Below the pieces are notes generated by a model. It saw nothing but the letters and a program-made list of their open reading frames with translations. It was not told the origin of the DNA and made no database searches. DNA of 64,000 bases, taken from positions 35,829-99,828 of the forward strand of contig JBARSJ010000071.1 of assembly GCA_049644685.1 (NCBI GenBank), read 5' to 3'. Origin of the DNA: Anaerolineales bacterium (lineage in GTDB: Bacteria; Chloroflexota; Anaerolineae; Anaerolineales; UBA11858). Shown piece by piece: positions 10,021 through 21,071 of the stretch. Within the stretch, counting starts at the first letter, position 1, and the number at the start of each line of letters is the position of its first letter. Made by a program: the position numbers and the translations under genes.

Positions 10021-11184
10021 ATGGATTTCCGTTTATCGGAGGAACAAAGATTGTGGCGAAAAGCTGTCCATGATTTTGTGTCTAAAGAGATCAAACCACT
10101 GGCCCAGGAAATCAATGAAAAGGAAGAGATTCCCCGGACTGTAATTCAAAAAATGGGTCCTATGGGTTTATTGGGGATGAGCGTGCCGGAAACATACGGA
10201 GGTTCTGAGCTGGATTCCATCAGTTCCGCTATCGCAATTGAAGAAATCGCCTGGGGAGATGGAGGCACTGCCCTAACAATTGAAGCTCATAATGAATTAG
10301 GATGCGCATCTGTAGCGCTATTTGGAACAGAGGATCAAAAACAAACCCTGCTTCCTCCAGTAACATCCGGAGAGGGGAAATTGACTTCTCTGGCTTTAAC
10401 CGAACCCCAGGCAGGTTCGGATCTAAGAAATATCCAGACCAAAGCGCATAAAGAGGGAAACCAATGGATTATTCAAGGATCCAAGTCCTGGATAACCAAT
10501 GCTGGTGAAGCAGATTTTATCGTCACTCTGGTAAAAACCAGCCCGGATGAAGGGTCCAGCGGAATGAGCATGATCATAGTTCCCACTGATGCGCCGGGAT
10601 TATCCGTCGCACCTCCTGAGAAAAAAATGGGGGCTGGAGGTACACACAGCCATGAAGTCAGGTATGATGCCGTAAAAGTTCCGGCTGAAAACCTGCTCGG
10701 TAAAAAGGGAGAGGGATTGCAGCAAACCCTGAAAATTCTCGATGGGGGACGGGTGAGTGTTGGCGCCTTGTCGGTAGGGATCGCTCAGGCAGCCCTGGAA
10801 GAGGGATTATCCTATGCTAAAGAAAGGGAAACCTTCGGAAAAACTCTCTCAGAACACCAGGCTATTCAGTGGCTGGTTGCCGATGCAGCAACAGACATTC
10901 ACGCTGCCCGGTTGATGGTATACTACGCGGCCTGGTTAAAAGATCAGGAGAAACCTTACACCAAGGCAGGAGCAGCGGCTAAATTGTTCGCCACAGAAAT
11001 GGCAGAACGAGTAACCTACAGTGCCATCCAGATTCATGGGGCCTATGGATACAGCAGGGAATATCCAGTGGAAGCGATGTATAAGGCGGCCAGACTAATG
11101 ACCATCGGAGAAGGAACCAGCGAAATCCAGCGCCTGGTAATCGCCAGGAAGCTCTTTAAAGAGGGTCCGTTGAGAATTGAGTAA
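10021..11184 (+). CDS. acyl-CoA dehydrogenase
   Basis: MDFRLSEEQ start preceded by AAAGGAG; LALTEPQAGSD, WITNAG, QIHGAYGY, GEGTSEIQR motifs of ACAD family. Confidence 0.9.
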   Translation: MDFRLSEEQRLWRKAVHDFVSKEIKPLAQEINEKEEIPRTVIQKMGPMGLLGMSVPETYGGSELDSISSAIAIEEIAWGDGGTALTIEAHNELGCASVALFGTEDQKQTLLPPVTSGEGKLTSLALTEPQAGSDLRNIQTKAHKEGNQWIIQGSKSWITNAGEADFIVTLVKTSPDEGSSGMSMIIVPTDAPGLSVAPPEKKMGAGGTHSHEVRYDAVKVPAENLLGKKGEGLQQTLKILDGGRVSVGALSVGIAQAALEEGLSYAKERETFGKTLSEHQAIQWLVADAATDIHAARLMVYYAAWLKDQEKPYTKAGAAAKLFATEMAERVTYSAIQIHGAYGYSREYPVEAMYKAARLMTIGEGTSEIQRLVIARKLFKEGPLRIE

Positions 11185-11408
11185 ATATTATTTGAACAAT
11201 TGAAGAATAACGATCAATTAAAAAAACCTGTCGGGCTGTGATGGTATTTCCCCCCCAGAGGTTAATCCAGGGACTTAATCCACCTGGTCTCTGTTACCTT
11301 GGATCTATCAATCACGGTGTCATCGAGATTGTAACCAAGCGATCCTCTACCAGGTTAGGATAAATTGAGTTCTCCTGCAGATTCTGCCTTGTTTCTCAAC
11401 CCGCTGCT

Positions 11409-11921
11409 TTATGCCGCCAGCGGACGCTGATGGCTTTCTTCCGCCCCGCTGTCATTTTCCAGCAATTGAACTGCATGGGGTAAAACCGGAGCGATAATCC
11501 GGAAATTCTCCAACGCTCCTTTGGGACTGCCTGGTAAATTAATGATCAGGGTCTTTTTCCTGATGCCAGCCACAGCGCGGGAAAGCATCGCATGGGGAGT
11601 AATTTTTAAACTCCCCGCCCGCATGGCTTCTGCCAGTCCTGGTGCGTTGCGGTCCAGAACCGCTTTGGTAGCTTCAGGGGTGACGTCCCGGGGGGTAAAT
11701 CCTGTGCCCCCTGTAGTCAGGATCACATTGATTTTTCCAGAATCGGACCACTGACACAATCTTTCTTCAATCGCAGAAATTTCATCAGGGACAATATCAG
11801 CCCGGGCAACTTCCCAGCCATAATCTCCTACTGCGCCCTGCAGCACAGGACCCGACAGGTCTTCTCTCAAGCCGCTGGATGACCTGTCAGATACTGTAAG
11901 GATGGCGAATTTTATCGACAT
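11409..11921 (-). CDS. mogA: molybdopterin adenylyltransferase MogA-like
   Basis: ILTVSDRSS, ILTTGGTGFTPRDVTPEAT, LSRAVAGIR, INLPGSPK match the MogA/MoaB fold. Confidence 0.85.
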   Translation of the reverse strand: MSIKFAILTVSDRSSSGLREDLSGPVLQGAVGDYGWEVARADIVPDEISAIEERLCQWSDSGKINVILTTGGTGFTPRDVTPEATKAVLDRNAPGLAEAMRAGSLKITPHAMLSRAVAGIRKKTLIINLPGSPKGALENFRIIAPVLPHAVQLLENDSGAEESHQRPLAA

Positions 11922-11933
11922 CTCATTTTCCCT

Positions 11934-13682
11934 TTAGATAAGTCCTTCCCAGCTGCCGTGAATGCCGTCATCAGTAACACCATAATAATAGCGGTAACCT
12001 TCCTGGGTCCGCTGGATCAAGTCATAGCTAGTATAATTCCCCCGCTTCTTCCGGGATATCAATCCCAGATCTCCCTGCCAGGTAATTTCCTTATTTTCCT
12101 TAACCTTGGGAAGTTTTGAATATTGGGAAATGGCATAATGCCACAGGCGGCGAGAGGATTGCAGGGTGACATTTTTTACCACACTGCCGTTCCGTAGATC
12201 CCTGACAGTGTAATACGTGTTACCTTCCCGCTTGGTTACGGAGACAATTTCCACACCGGTGCGGGGTGGATCATTAGGCTGTAGTTCGTTTTCAACAGAA
12301 TCCATCTTATCAACATCTTTTGATCCTGGAATTGGGAGCGGTTCAGCCTGCACCCGATCCGGTGGGGCAGCTTTTTTCTTCTCTCCCTGGAGAACCATTT
12401 CAACAATTTCATCCCGGACAGCCATGCCGGTTTCTGTTTCCGTGCGGAGATATATTTTATTGTCATCCACCGCATAAGGCGGGTCTTCTCCCCTGGGAAT
12501 CATAATCTGGATGACCTTCTTCCCTTCAGTTTCTTGGACTTCAAACTTACATTCCAGTTCCGGGCTGATGCGTTTACTGATCTCTGATTTTAACTTTTCT
12601 ACGCCCTGTTTCGGACGCGGCACTCCTTCAAAAGGCTTGCCCTTATCGGCTGATAAACCCAGGTACAAGATCCCTCCATTTGAATTCGCGAAAGCGCATA
12701 CATCGGCGATAATGGAATAGAGATAACCGCCTCGAACAGTGATTTTATCGTGAAAATCCTGAACAAAGGTTGCCCCTTCCTGCCTGGCATCCCGGATAAA
12801 GTCATAGGCTGGTTGAGAACTCAGCTGGTGGGGACGAGTCCGGGAGAAGTTGTTGCTATCAAAGAGCTCCCGCAATGCTTTAAAACTCCTCTCCTGTAAG
12901 CGGACATCAGTTGTTCGATCTCCTACTCCTAACTTGTTTTGAAAAGTGGATTTTTTGGTTATCAAATGAGCGTCAGAACCCTGGATGCAGTGCATTCGGC
13001 GGGGATATTCCGGTTTATTTCCACTGAAGAAAGACGCTGTAGAATGCCTGCCCTTCTTTGCCAAATCTGTCACCTCTATTGCAATCAAATGAGGATCCTG
13101 GGTATAAGCAATTTTGGTTTGCCCTCCGAAAGGAAAGCGGCGCATCGCAACCCCATTATTAGAGTTAGCATGGGCGGCGATTGCCATGCCGCCTGCATCA
13201 TGGATGCTTTTGTAGGCGGTTAACACATCTACACTTGCACCTACGGTAACTGAGCCTACATCCAATTTTTCGGAAGGGATGTTTAGCTCTAGCAGCAGGT
13301 GTTCAATATCCCTGACCGGTTTGCCTTCTGGAAAAATAGCCAGGATATGAAAACCAAACGTAGCGGTAAATTCAAATCCGGGCAGTACCAGTACCCTTTT
13401 TAATAAACGCTGGTATTCCGCCAGGCGGGTTTCTTCCTCCGGGAGCAAGCGATTTAGCTGTTGAAGCAATTTTAATTGCTCAATCTCTTCCTGCATCCGG
13501 CGGTACCCTGCCACAGTGTTATGGTCTGTAAATGCGATAATATCCAGACCTTTATTTGCGGCTTGTTTTAATATATCTAAATATCCAATTTCCGGCTGCA
13601 AATAATCTTCAGAAGCCGGTGTATGTAAATGTAAATCCATGGTGTACCAGGTCAATCCGGTACGGTTATTTTTTGCAGACAC
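11934..13682 (-). CDS. PHP-domain phosphoesterase fused to AlbA_2 (Schlafen-like) putative DNA-binding domain and an unassigned C-terminal domain
   Basis: [25 protein letters not shown] (PHP metal ligands); mid region [19 protein letters not shown]...[11 protein letters not shown] resembles AlbA_2. Confidence 0.75.
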   Translation of the reverse strand: MSAKNNRTGLTWYTMDLHLHTPASEDYLQPEIGYLDILKQAANKGLDIIAFTDHNTVAGYRRMQEEIEQLKLLQQLNRLLPEEETRLAEYQRLLKRVLVLPGFEFTATFGFHILAIFPEGKPVRDIEHLLLELNIPSEKLDVGSVTVGASVDVLTAYKSIHDAGGMAIAAHANSNNGVAMRRFPFGGQTKIAYTQDPHLIAIEVTDLAKKGRHSTASFFSGNKPEYPRRMHCIQGSDAHLITKKSTFQNKLGVGDRTTDVRLQERSFKALRELFDSNNFSRTRPHQLSSQPAYDFIRDARQEGATFVQDFHDKITVRGGYLYSIIADVCAFANSNGGILYLGLSADKGKPFEGVPRPKQGVEKLKSEISKRISPELECKFEVQETEGKKVIQIMIPRGEDPPYAVDDNKIYLRTETETGMAVRDEIVEMVLQGEKKKAAPPDRVQAEPLPIPGSKDVDKMDSVENELQPNDPPRTGVEIVSVTKREGNTYYTVRDLRNGSVVKNVTLQSSRRLWHYAISQYSKLPKVKENKEITWQGDLGLISRKKRGNYTSYDLIQRTQEGYRYYYGVTDDGIHGSWEGLI

Positions 13683-14081
13683 AATATCCTCTCAATTTTA
13701 GAAACAAGGAGAACGTATCAGGAGAAAACAATCAAATCAATCGAATCCGTCTCTGGATTCAATTCAATTTTCTCGCTGAAATCCCTGCTATCTATTATCT
13801 AAATTGCATCACAATGGGAACAAAAGAAGGCGTTTGTAACCAGAATATTGTAATAACCACTCTAAAAAAACTACAAATGATTGGTATCGAAGTGGATTTT
13901 TAATATTTTTTTATTCTAGCTGTCTGGTTATCTACCTCAAACGTAATGTGTGTTCCTCATCGTAACATTAATAATAATCAAATTTCACCCGGCAAACAGG
14001 TTATCTTTCTTTACTGCCTAACGAGAACTTCAAATTAGGCCAGATATCACTTTCCGAAAGCCTTTCCACCCAAATTCTTGT

Positions 14082-16646
14082 TTATGCCTTAGGCTTCCTC
14101 TTTTTGGGTGCAGCCTTCTTTCTTGTTAATGCGGCATCCAGGACTTCTTCGATATTTTCAACAAAGATAAAGTTAATCTTCTCTAAAACTTCTGCCGGGA
14201 TATCTTCTTCAAGATCTGCCTGGTTCTTTTTAGGCAGAATCACTGTTGTCGATCCAGCCCGATAAGCCGCTAGAACCTTCTCTTTAATGCCTCCTACCGG
14301 CAGCACCTGCCCCCGTAAAGTGATCTCACCAGTCATACTGACATTGCCTTTTACCGGGCGTCTTGAAATCAAAGATACCAGAGCAGCTGCCATGGTTACA
14401 CCAGCAGATGGACCATCTTTTGGCTGAGCGCCAGCGGGTACATGCAAATGAATATCCTGATCCTGGAAAAAATCCATCTCAATACCCAATTTGTCAGCCT
14501 TGGATCGCACATAGGACAGCGCCGCCTGGGCGGATTCTTTCATCACTTCACCGAGAGATCCGGTGAGCTGGAAGTTGTTTTTACCAGGCATTGAGGTTGC
14601 TTCAACAAACAGCACCTCTCCTCCGGTGGAGGTCCAGGCCAGACCAGTAGCTACTCCAGGCACTGAAGTTCGATTGGCGATTTCTTCATCTCCATAATAT
14701 CTTGGCCGACCCAGGTATTCCGCGACTTCTCTGACCCCGATTTTGACCCTCTCAACTTTTCCTTCTGCGATCTGGGTAACTACTTTCCTGCATAAAGATC
14801 CGATTTCCCGTTCCAGATTCCGGACACCGGATTCCCGGGTATAAGATCGGATGATCTTCTGAAGTGCTGGATCGGTGAAAGTAATTTCCTCAGATCTTAG
14901 TCCATTCTCTTTAATCTGACGCGGTATCAGGTACCCTTTGGCAATCGATTTCTTTTCCCTGTCTGTGTAACCGGATAATTTAATAATTTCCATCCGGTCC
15001 CGCAGCGGGGAAGGGATTGGTTCTAATAAATTTGCCGTGGTAATGAACATCACCTTCGAAAGGTCATAGGCTACCTCCAGATAATGATCTCTAAACTCGC
15101 TGTTTTGTTCCGGATCCAGAACTTCCAGCAAAGCAGATGTTGGATCTCCGCGGTAATCCCGTCCTAATTTGTCAATTTCATCCATCATGAAAACAGGATT
15201 GTTTTTCCCTACCCGGCGGAGAGCCTGCAGAATCCGACCCGGCATGGCACCGATGTAAGTACGCCGGTGTCCGCGAATTTCCGCTTCATCCCGGACTCCG
15301 CCCAGGGAAATGCGGATGAATTTCCTATCCAATGAGCGGGCAATCGACCGTCCTAACGAGGTTTTCCCTACCCCGGGAGGGCCTACAAAACACAAAATTA
15401 CTCCTTCCCGGATTTTACGGATATCATCCTCATGGGTTTCTTCAATCTCGCCTTCCCGTTCCTTGCGGAGTTTTCTGACGGCGAGAAATTCCAGGATCCT
15501 TTCCTTTACATCCTCCAATCCGTAGTGGTCTTCATCCAAAACCGCCCTGGCACGGGAAATATCCAGGTTATCGTCCGTCATCTTCGACCAGGGTAAAGAG
15601 ACCATCCAATCCAAATAAGTCCGGATCACACCGTATTCCGCTGCTGCTGAAGGCAGATGGGATAAGCGGTCTAATTCCCTTTTAGCCTGTTTTTCGCTTT
15701 CCTCCGGCATGGCAGCTTCTTCAATCTGCTGCCGAAATTCTTCAACTTCTGCCGTTTGATCGTCCGCTTCCCCCAATTCAGTCCGGATGGCTTTTATCTG
15801 CTCCCGCAGGAAGTACTCCTTCTGGACTTTTTCAATTTCGGATCTGGCCTGGTTCTGAATGCGCTGTCCAATTTCAAGCATTTCCAATTCCCGGGTCAGA
15901 AAATTCACCAATTTTCGCAGTTTTTCCGAGACGGAGTTAAGTTCCAGCAGCTCCTGAGCTTCGGATAAGTCCAAGCGTTGAAAATTAGCTATTGTGTAAG
16001 CAACCTGCAGGGGGTCATCCAGGGATATTACCGCATCAACTAATTCCCGGGGCACTGAAGGCACCAAATTGGTGATCTCGGCAAATTGATCTCGAGCCTG
16101 GCGGGTAAGGGCATCTACTTCCAGATCATGCTCAACTTTCACCGGGGATAACTTGATTTTAGCTTTAAGATACGGTTCTTCTTCAACAAATTTCTTAATT
16201 TCAAATCGGGTGATACCCTGCACCAGCAAGCGGATGGTGCCGTCCGGTGCTCTGAATAAACGGTGGACTGAAGCAACCGTACCCACCCGGTAGAGGTCTT
16301 CCGGACCGGGATGTTCGTTTTGGGGGTCCTTGGAAGTAACCAAACCGATCAAACGGTCATCTGCAGAGAGCACATCATCAACTAAGCGGATGGATCGGGG
16401 TTGACCGATGGATAAAGGAACTGCTGTTTCCGGATAAACCACTAATCCCCGCAGAGGTAAAATGGGAAGCTGGGAAGGGATTCGCCCAATCAGATCTTCC
16501 TGTTTTAACTCATCACCCTCTTCATCGTCCACATCGGAGATATTAGAGACCACAGATCCCAGGAAAATATCCTCCAGGGAAAGATCCTCTCGATTCACCC
16601 ATTCCAATAATTCTAAAATATCCATACTCCAACGCGATAATGGCAT
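14082..16646 (-). CDS. lon: ATP-dependent Lon protease (LonA)
   Basis: N-terminal LON domain, Walker [18 protein letters not shown], catalytic [11 protein letters not shown] serine and downstream K; 854 aa. Confidence 0.95.
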   Translation of the reverse strand: MPLSRWSMDILELLEWVNREDLSLEDIFLGSVVSNISDVDDEEGDELKQEDLIGRIPSQLPILPLRGLVVYPETAVPLSIGQPRSIRLVDDVLSADDRLIGLVTSKDPQNEHPGPEDLYRVGTVASVHRLFRAPDGTIRLLVQGITRFEIKKFVEEEPYLKAKIKLSPVKVEHDLEVDALTRQARDQFAEITNLVPSVPRELVDAVISLDDPLQVAYTIANFQRLDLSEAQELLELNSVSEKLRKLVNFLTRELEMLEIGQRIQNQARSEIEKVQKEYFLREQIKAIRTELGEADDQTAEVEEFRQQIEEAAMPEESEKQAKRELDRLSHLPSAAAEYGVIRTYLDWMVSLPWSKMTDDNLDISRARAVLDEDHYGLEDVKERILEFLAVRKLRKEREGEIEETHEDDIRKIREGVILCFVGPPGVGKTSLGRSIARSLDRKFIRISLGGVRDEAEIRGHRRTYIGAMPGRILQALRRVGKNNPVFMMDEIDKLGRDYRGDPTSALLEVLDPEQNSEFRDHYLEVAYDLSKVMFITTANLLEPIPSPLRDRMEIIKLSGYTDREKKSIAKGYLIPRQIKENGLRSEEITFTDPALQKIIRSYTRESGVRNLEREIGSLCRKVVTQIAEGKVERVKIGVREVAEYLGRPRYYGDEEIANRTSVPGVATGLAWTSTGGEVLFVEATSMPGKNNFQLTGSLGEVMKESAQAALSYVRSKADKLGIEMDFFQDQDIHLHVPAGAQPKDGPSAGVTMAAALVSLISRRPVKGNVSMTGEITLRGQVLPVGGIKEKVLAAYRAGSTTVILPKKNQADLEEDIPAEVLEKINFIFVENIEEVLDAALTRKKAAPKKRKPKA

Positions 16647-16652
16647 AAACCC

Positions 16653-17069
16653 TTAATCCTTGATCTCTACCCGACGAGATTTTTGTTTTGGAAGGATCAA
16701 TTCCAGAAATCCATCCTTATAAACTGCAGTCACCTGTTCAGCGATCACCGGAGATGGCAATTCTACACCGTTGCGGAATTCCCCAAAACCAATTTCCATT
16801 TGGTGATAATAACAGGTTTCACTCAAGCTGGGACGCCTCCCTTCAATTAATAACAATTGTTTGTCCAGGGTGATAAAAAATTCACCCTTTTTCATTCCAG
16901 CAGCTTCTATCCGGACAGTAAATTGGTCATCAGTTTCATAAACATCAGTTGGAGGACACCAGCTGTGAGATCCCGCGACAACTTGCCACACGGACCTTCC
17001 CGCTCGCAGTTGATGAAATGTAAAGGAATCCGCTTTAAGCGGTTTAATCCTTATGATTACATCCGTCAT
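16653..17069 (-). CDS. Hsp20/alpha-crystallin small heat-shock protein
   Basis: PPTDVYETDDQFTVRIEAAGM...FGEFRNGVELP...YKDGFLELILPK alpha-crystallin domain; 6 nt upstream of lon, same strand. Confidence 0.85.
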   Translation of the reverse strand: MTDVIIRIKPLKADSFTFHQLRAGRSVWQVVAGSHSWCPPTDVYETDDQFTVRIEAAGMKKGEFFITLDKQLLLIEGRRPSLSETCYYHQMEIGFGEFRNGVELPSPVIAEQVTAVYKDGFLELILPKQKSRRVEIKD

Positions 17070-17289
17070 TAATTCCTTCCAAAAACCTGACCAGAGGAAG
17101 CACTCTAAAAGTTAATTTTAACACAGAGTAGGTTTTTCCCTGGGCAAGTGAAGCGATTATATACGAGATTAACACTTGAGAAGACTAAAATCTATTAGAA
17201 TATATATTAGTAAAAAAAAGCCAGGAAATATCCTTGGCAAACAGGATAAATAAAATAATTTATCGGTTGTTATAAATAAGGAGAAAAAC

Positions 17290-17808
17290 ATGTTTTCAAA
17301 AAAAGTGCACCAGGCAATGAATGACCAAATTCATCATGAGATTGAGTCTGCCTATATCTATCTTTCCATGGCTGCCTACTTAGAGGCAGAGACATATCCC
17401 GGATTTTCCCAATGGATGAAAATTCAATTTGAAGAGGAAATGGCTCACGCTTTTCGTTTTTACAACTTCATTCACAGCCGCGGTGAGCGGGTAACGCTGC
17501 AAACCATCGGAGAACCTCAAGCTGATTTTGAGTCAATCCTGGCTGTATTCGAAGGCGCTCTGGCGCATGAGCAGAAAATCACCGCCGATATTCACCGGTT
17601 GTATGGATTGGCAATGGAAGAAAAAGACTATCCCAGTCTGTCATTCTTACAGTGGTTTATCGACGAACAGGTAGAAGAGGAAGAACATGTCGGCGAAGTC
17701 GTGGAAAACATCAAAAGAGCAGGTGACAACAACCATGCTTTGTTGATGTTGGATCGTGAATTGGGCCAGCGCCAGCCTCCGGTAGAAGTCGAGGGGGAAC
17801 AGGCTTAA
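17290..17808 (+). CDS. ftn: non-haem ferritin
   Basis: EIESAYIYLSMAAY, EEEMAHAFRFYNF, ALAHEQKIT ferroxidase-centre pattern; RBS AAGGAG upstream. Confidence 0.9.
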   Translation: MFSKKVHQAMNDQIHHEIESAYIYLSMAAYLEAETYPGFSQWMKIQFEEEMAHAFRFYNFIHSRGERVTLQTIGEPQADFESILAVFEGALAHEQKITADIHRLYGLAMEEKDYPSLSFLQWFIDEQVEEEEHVGEVVENIKRAGDNNHALLMLDRELGQRQPPVEVEGEQA

Positions 17809-18016
17809 GATTGAACCAATTAGAGGAAAATACAGGAAGCGTGATCCTTCGGGAATTACGCTTCCTCCTTCAAATAATATTCCTCCTGAAAGGGGAAATA
17901 ATTTCACTAAAAACAGATGTAATTTGACATTTGTTTTTTTCTTTTCATGATGTGATACTTAACCCATAAGATTAGATTTAACCTTATTCAAGCTGCAACA
18001 AAGGTGGAAAAAATCT

Positions 18017-19303
18017 ATGGACGATAAGTCATACAACCCATTTAAAACAGCCCAGAAGCTATTTGACAATGCCGCAGAACTGCTTGAATTAGATCAGGCA
18101 GCCAGGGACTTTTTACGCTACCCAATGCGGGAATACCAATTCAATATTCCTGTACGGATGGATGACAGCAGCGTAAAGGTCTTTCGGGGATTCCGGATTC
18201 TGCACAATGATGCCCGCGGTCCTGGGAAAGGCGGCATTCGGTTCCATCCCCAGGAAACTGTCGATACAGTGCGGGCTTTATCGATGTGGATGACCTGGAA
18301 GTGCGCAGTCGTTGATATTCCTTTAGGGGGTTCCAAAGGGGGAATTATCTGTGATCCCCATGATTTAAGTCTGCTGGAACAGGAACGTCTCTGCCGGGGA
18401 TGGGTACGTCAAATCGCCAAGAATATTGGTCCTCTCTCTGATATTCCCGCTCCGGATGTAATGACAAACTCCCAGCATATGTTGTGGATGTTAGACGAAT
18501 ATGAAGCTATCCACGGAGCTAAATATCCGGGGTTCATTACCGGGAAACCAGTCGGTATGGGAGGTTCCCTCGGCAGAGTTGAAGCGACAGGATATGGTGT
18601 CATGATCACTGTTCGGGAAGCGATGAAAGAACTGGGGATCAACATCCAAAATACATCTGCCAGCTTCCAGGGGTTTGGCAATGTGTCCCAGTATGCCATT
18701 CAACTTTACCAACAAATGGGCGGAACACCAATCTGCGTTTCTTGCTGGAACCAGGAAGACCAGACAGCATATGCTTTCCAGAAAAAGGACGGTTTTGAAC
18801 TCAATGAATTAATGTCAGTCACAGATCATTTTGGAGAGATCGACAAAAGCAAAGCTCAAGACTTGGGCTTTGAAATGTTACCTGGTGATGCCTGGTTGGA
18901 GCAGGACGTGGATTTATTAGTCCCCTCAGCGTTGGAAAATCAAATCACAGGTGAAAATGCTGACAAAATATCGCAAAAAGTTAAACTCATTGCAGAAGGC
19001 GCGAATGGTCCTACAACTCCGGATGCAGATAATGTCCTCAAAGACCGGGGGATTCATGTAATTCCCGACTTTCTGGCCAACGCAGGAGGAGTGACTTGCA
19101 GTTATTTTGAACAAGTCCAGAGCAATGCCAATTATTATTGGGCAAAAGAAGAGACCCTTGGTAAACTTGACTTGAAGATGACCAATGCTTATGTTGACGT
19201 CAGCAAGTTCGCCAAAGCCAAGAAACTCTACATGCGTGATGCGGCATATATGATATCCGTGGATCGCGTAGCAAAAGCCTGCAGGGCCCGTGGATGGGTA
19301 TAA
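18017..19303 (+). CDS. gdhA: NAD(P)-dependent glutamate dehydrogenase
   Basis: GPGKGGIRFHP, PLGGSKGG, GFGNVS dinucleotide fold, EGANGPTT. Confidence 0.93.
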   Translation: MDDKSYNPFKTAQKLFDNAAELLELDQAARDFLRYPMREYQFNIPVRMDDSSVKVFRGFRILHNDARGPGKGGIRFHPQETVDTVRALSMWMTWKCAVVDIPLGGSKGGIICDPHDLSLLEQERLCRGWVRQIAKNIGPLSDIPAPDVMTNSQHMLWMLDEYEAIHGAKYPGFITGKPVGMGGSLGRVEATGYGVMITVREAMKELGINIQNTSASFQGFGNVSQYAIQLYQQMGGTPICVSCWNQEDQTAYAFQKKDGFELNELMSVTDHFGEIDKSKAQDLGFEMLPGDAWLEQDVDLLVPSALENQITGENADKISQKVKLIAEGANGPTTPDADNVLKDRGIHVIPDFLANAGGVTCSYFEQVQSNANYYWAKEETLGKLDLKMTNAYVDVSKFAKAKKLYMRDAAYMISVDRVAKACRARGWV

Positions 19304-19313
19304 TTCTGGTCTG

Positions 19314-21071
19314 ATGAATATTAAATCGGAGGACTCTTTACCCCAGAACCTGATTCCATTCGATCGCAACAATAAAGATCCGGAAATTTGTATCCGCGTC
19401 ATTGGAACTGGTTCAATTGGAGGCAAAGCACAAGGATTAGTCTTCCTCAACGACCTTCTTTTATCACGTTTTCAGACAACTGATTTTCAACAAATCACGG
19501 TCAGGATCCCAAACCTGACCGTGATTGCTACCGATGTCTTCGATGCTTTTATGGCAGAGAACGACCTCTATGGCATCGCCAATTCAGACATATCTGATGA
19601 CCGGATTGCTCATGCATTTCAAAATGCAGATCTGCCATTCAATATTCTGGGGGATTTAAAATCCCTCATAAACCAAATTTACACACCACTGGCTATCCGC
19701 TCTTCAAGTTTACTTGAAGACGCAACTTACGAGCCGTTCGCTGGTATTTATGCCACTAAAATGATTCCAAATCATCAGCATGATTCCGGTACCCGATTCC
19801 AAAAACTAACCGAAGCCATTAAATTCATTTACGCCTCAACCTTTTTTAATTGCGCAAAAAGCTTCCGGAAAGCGACCAATCACGATCATTCAGATGAAAA
19901 AATGGCGGTGATCATTCAGGACGTCGTTGGCTCACGGCATAGTCTTCGATTCTATCCTGAACTATCGGGAGTGACGCGATCCTACAATTTCTATCCGGTC
20001 GGTCGGGCAGAACAAGAAGATGGTGTAGTAAACCTTGCTTTGGGTTTAGGGAAAACCATAGTTGATGGCGGTGTCTCATGGACTTATTCACCGGCATATC
20101 CGAAAATTGGACCACCTTTCGGCTCAGTGGAAGAACTCCTGAAGGGCAGTCAAAAAGAGTATTGGGCAATTAACATGGGAACCCCTCTGGTCTATGATCC
20201 CATTCAAGAAACCGAGTACTTAATTCAGGAGAATTTAACTACAGCTGAAAAGGACGGCTCGCTGCGTTATTTGTGTTCGACCTACGATTTGCAATCGAAC
20301 CGGTTGACCATCGGGATGGGAAATCCAGGACCTAGAGTGTTAACCTTTGCCCCCCTGCTGGCATTGAAGGAAATCCCCCTGAATAATTTGATTAAATCAT
20401 TCCTGTCTGCCTGCGAGGAAGAATTAAAAAATCCCGTGGAAATTGAATTCGCGATGACATTCAATCCTCCCTATCTGGGATTACTCCAGGTTAGATCCAT
20501 GGTTGTCACTTCTGACATTGTGAAAGTCACTGATGAAGATTTAATTGACGCAAATGCCCTTGTAGCATCTGAGAATGTATTGGGAAACGGATTAATAGAT
20601 GATATCCAGGATATCATCTATGTCATCCCTGATAAATTTGAACTTGAAAACACCCGCCAGATTGCTGATGAACTTGAAGATATTAACGATTCTCTGCTCG
20701 CTAGTGGGAAATCATATTTATTAATCGTTTTTGGTCGGCTGGGAAGTTCCGATCCCTGGTTAGGCATCCCTGCCAACTGGGGGCAAATATCTGGAGCCAG
20801 GGTGATTGTTGAGACTTTTCAAGAAGGATTCAAGGTTGAAATGAGTCAGGGATCTCATTTCTTTCATAACATGACCAGCCTTGGTGTCAGCTATATCTCT
20901 GTCCCCGCATCTGGAAAACATCAGCTGGACTGGGATTGGCTGGCCCTTCAGGAAGAAATTCAAACCACTCAATTTGTACGTCATGTGCGGCTTTCTGCCC
21001 CTTTATACGTTAAAATTGATGGTAGAAGCGGACGTGGAATAATATTAAAATCGCGAGTAGAAAATGACTGA
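19314..21071 (+). CDS. PEP/pyruvate-binding (PPDK N-terminal ATP-grasp-like) domain protein, no phospho-His swivel or PEP-utilising domain recognised
   Basis: GGKAQGL, IRSSSLLEDATYEPFAGIY; C-terminal FGRLGSSDPWLGIP...SQGSHFFHN shared with next gene. ORF-track start 19290 overlaps gdhA; ATG 19314 also possible. Confidence 0.75.
   Translation: MNIKSEDSLPQNLIPFDRNNKDPEICIRVIGTGSIGGKAQGLVFLNDLLLSRFQTTDFQQITVRIPNLTVIATDVFDAFMAENDLYGIANSDISDDRIAHAFQNADLPFNILGDLKSLINQIYTPLAIRSSSLLEDATYEPFAGIYATKMIPNHQHDSGTRFQKLTEAIKFIYASTFFNCAKSFRKATNHDHSDEKMAVIIQDVVGSRHSLRFYPELSGVTRSYNFYPVGRAEQEDGVVNLALGLGKTIVDGGVSWTYSPAYPKIGPPFGSVEELLKGSQKEYWAINMGTPLVYDPIQETEYLIQENLTTAEKDGSLRYLCSTYDLQSNRLTIGMGNPGPRVLTFAPLLALKEIPLNNLIKSFLSACEEELKNPVEIEFAMTFNPPYLGLLQVRSMVVTSDIVKVTDEDLIDANALVASENVLGNGLIDDIQDIIYVIPDKFELENTRQIADELEDINDSLLASGKSYLLIVFGRLGSSDPWLGIPANWGQISGARVIVETFQEGFKVEMSQGSHFFHNMTSLGVSYISVPASGKHQLDWDWLALQEEIQTTQFVRHVRLSAPLYVKIDGRSGRGIILKSRVEND

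Noticed and set aside
13556-13903. 115-aa plus-strand ORF in the AT-rich gap between the PHP gene and lon
   Set aside because: It overlaps the 5' end of the PHP gene in antisense, has no RBS and has a low-complexity Asn/Ile-rich composition.
17090-17140. CIRCE-like heat-shock operator upstream of hsp20-lon (GCACTC...)
   Set aside because: GCACTC is present, but there is no inverted GAGTGC partner at 9-nt spacing.
18926-19450. 174-aa minus-strand ORF
   Set aside because: It is antisense to the 3' end of gdhA and the start of the PPDK-like gene. It is a typical shadow ORF.
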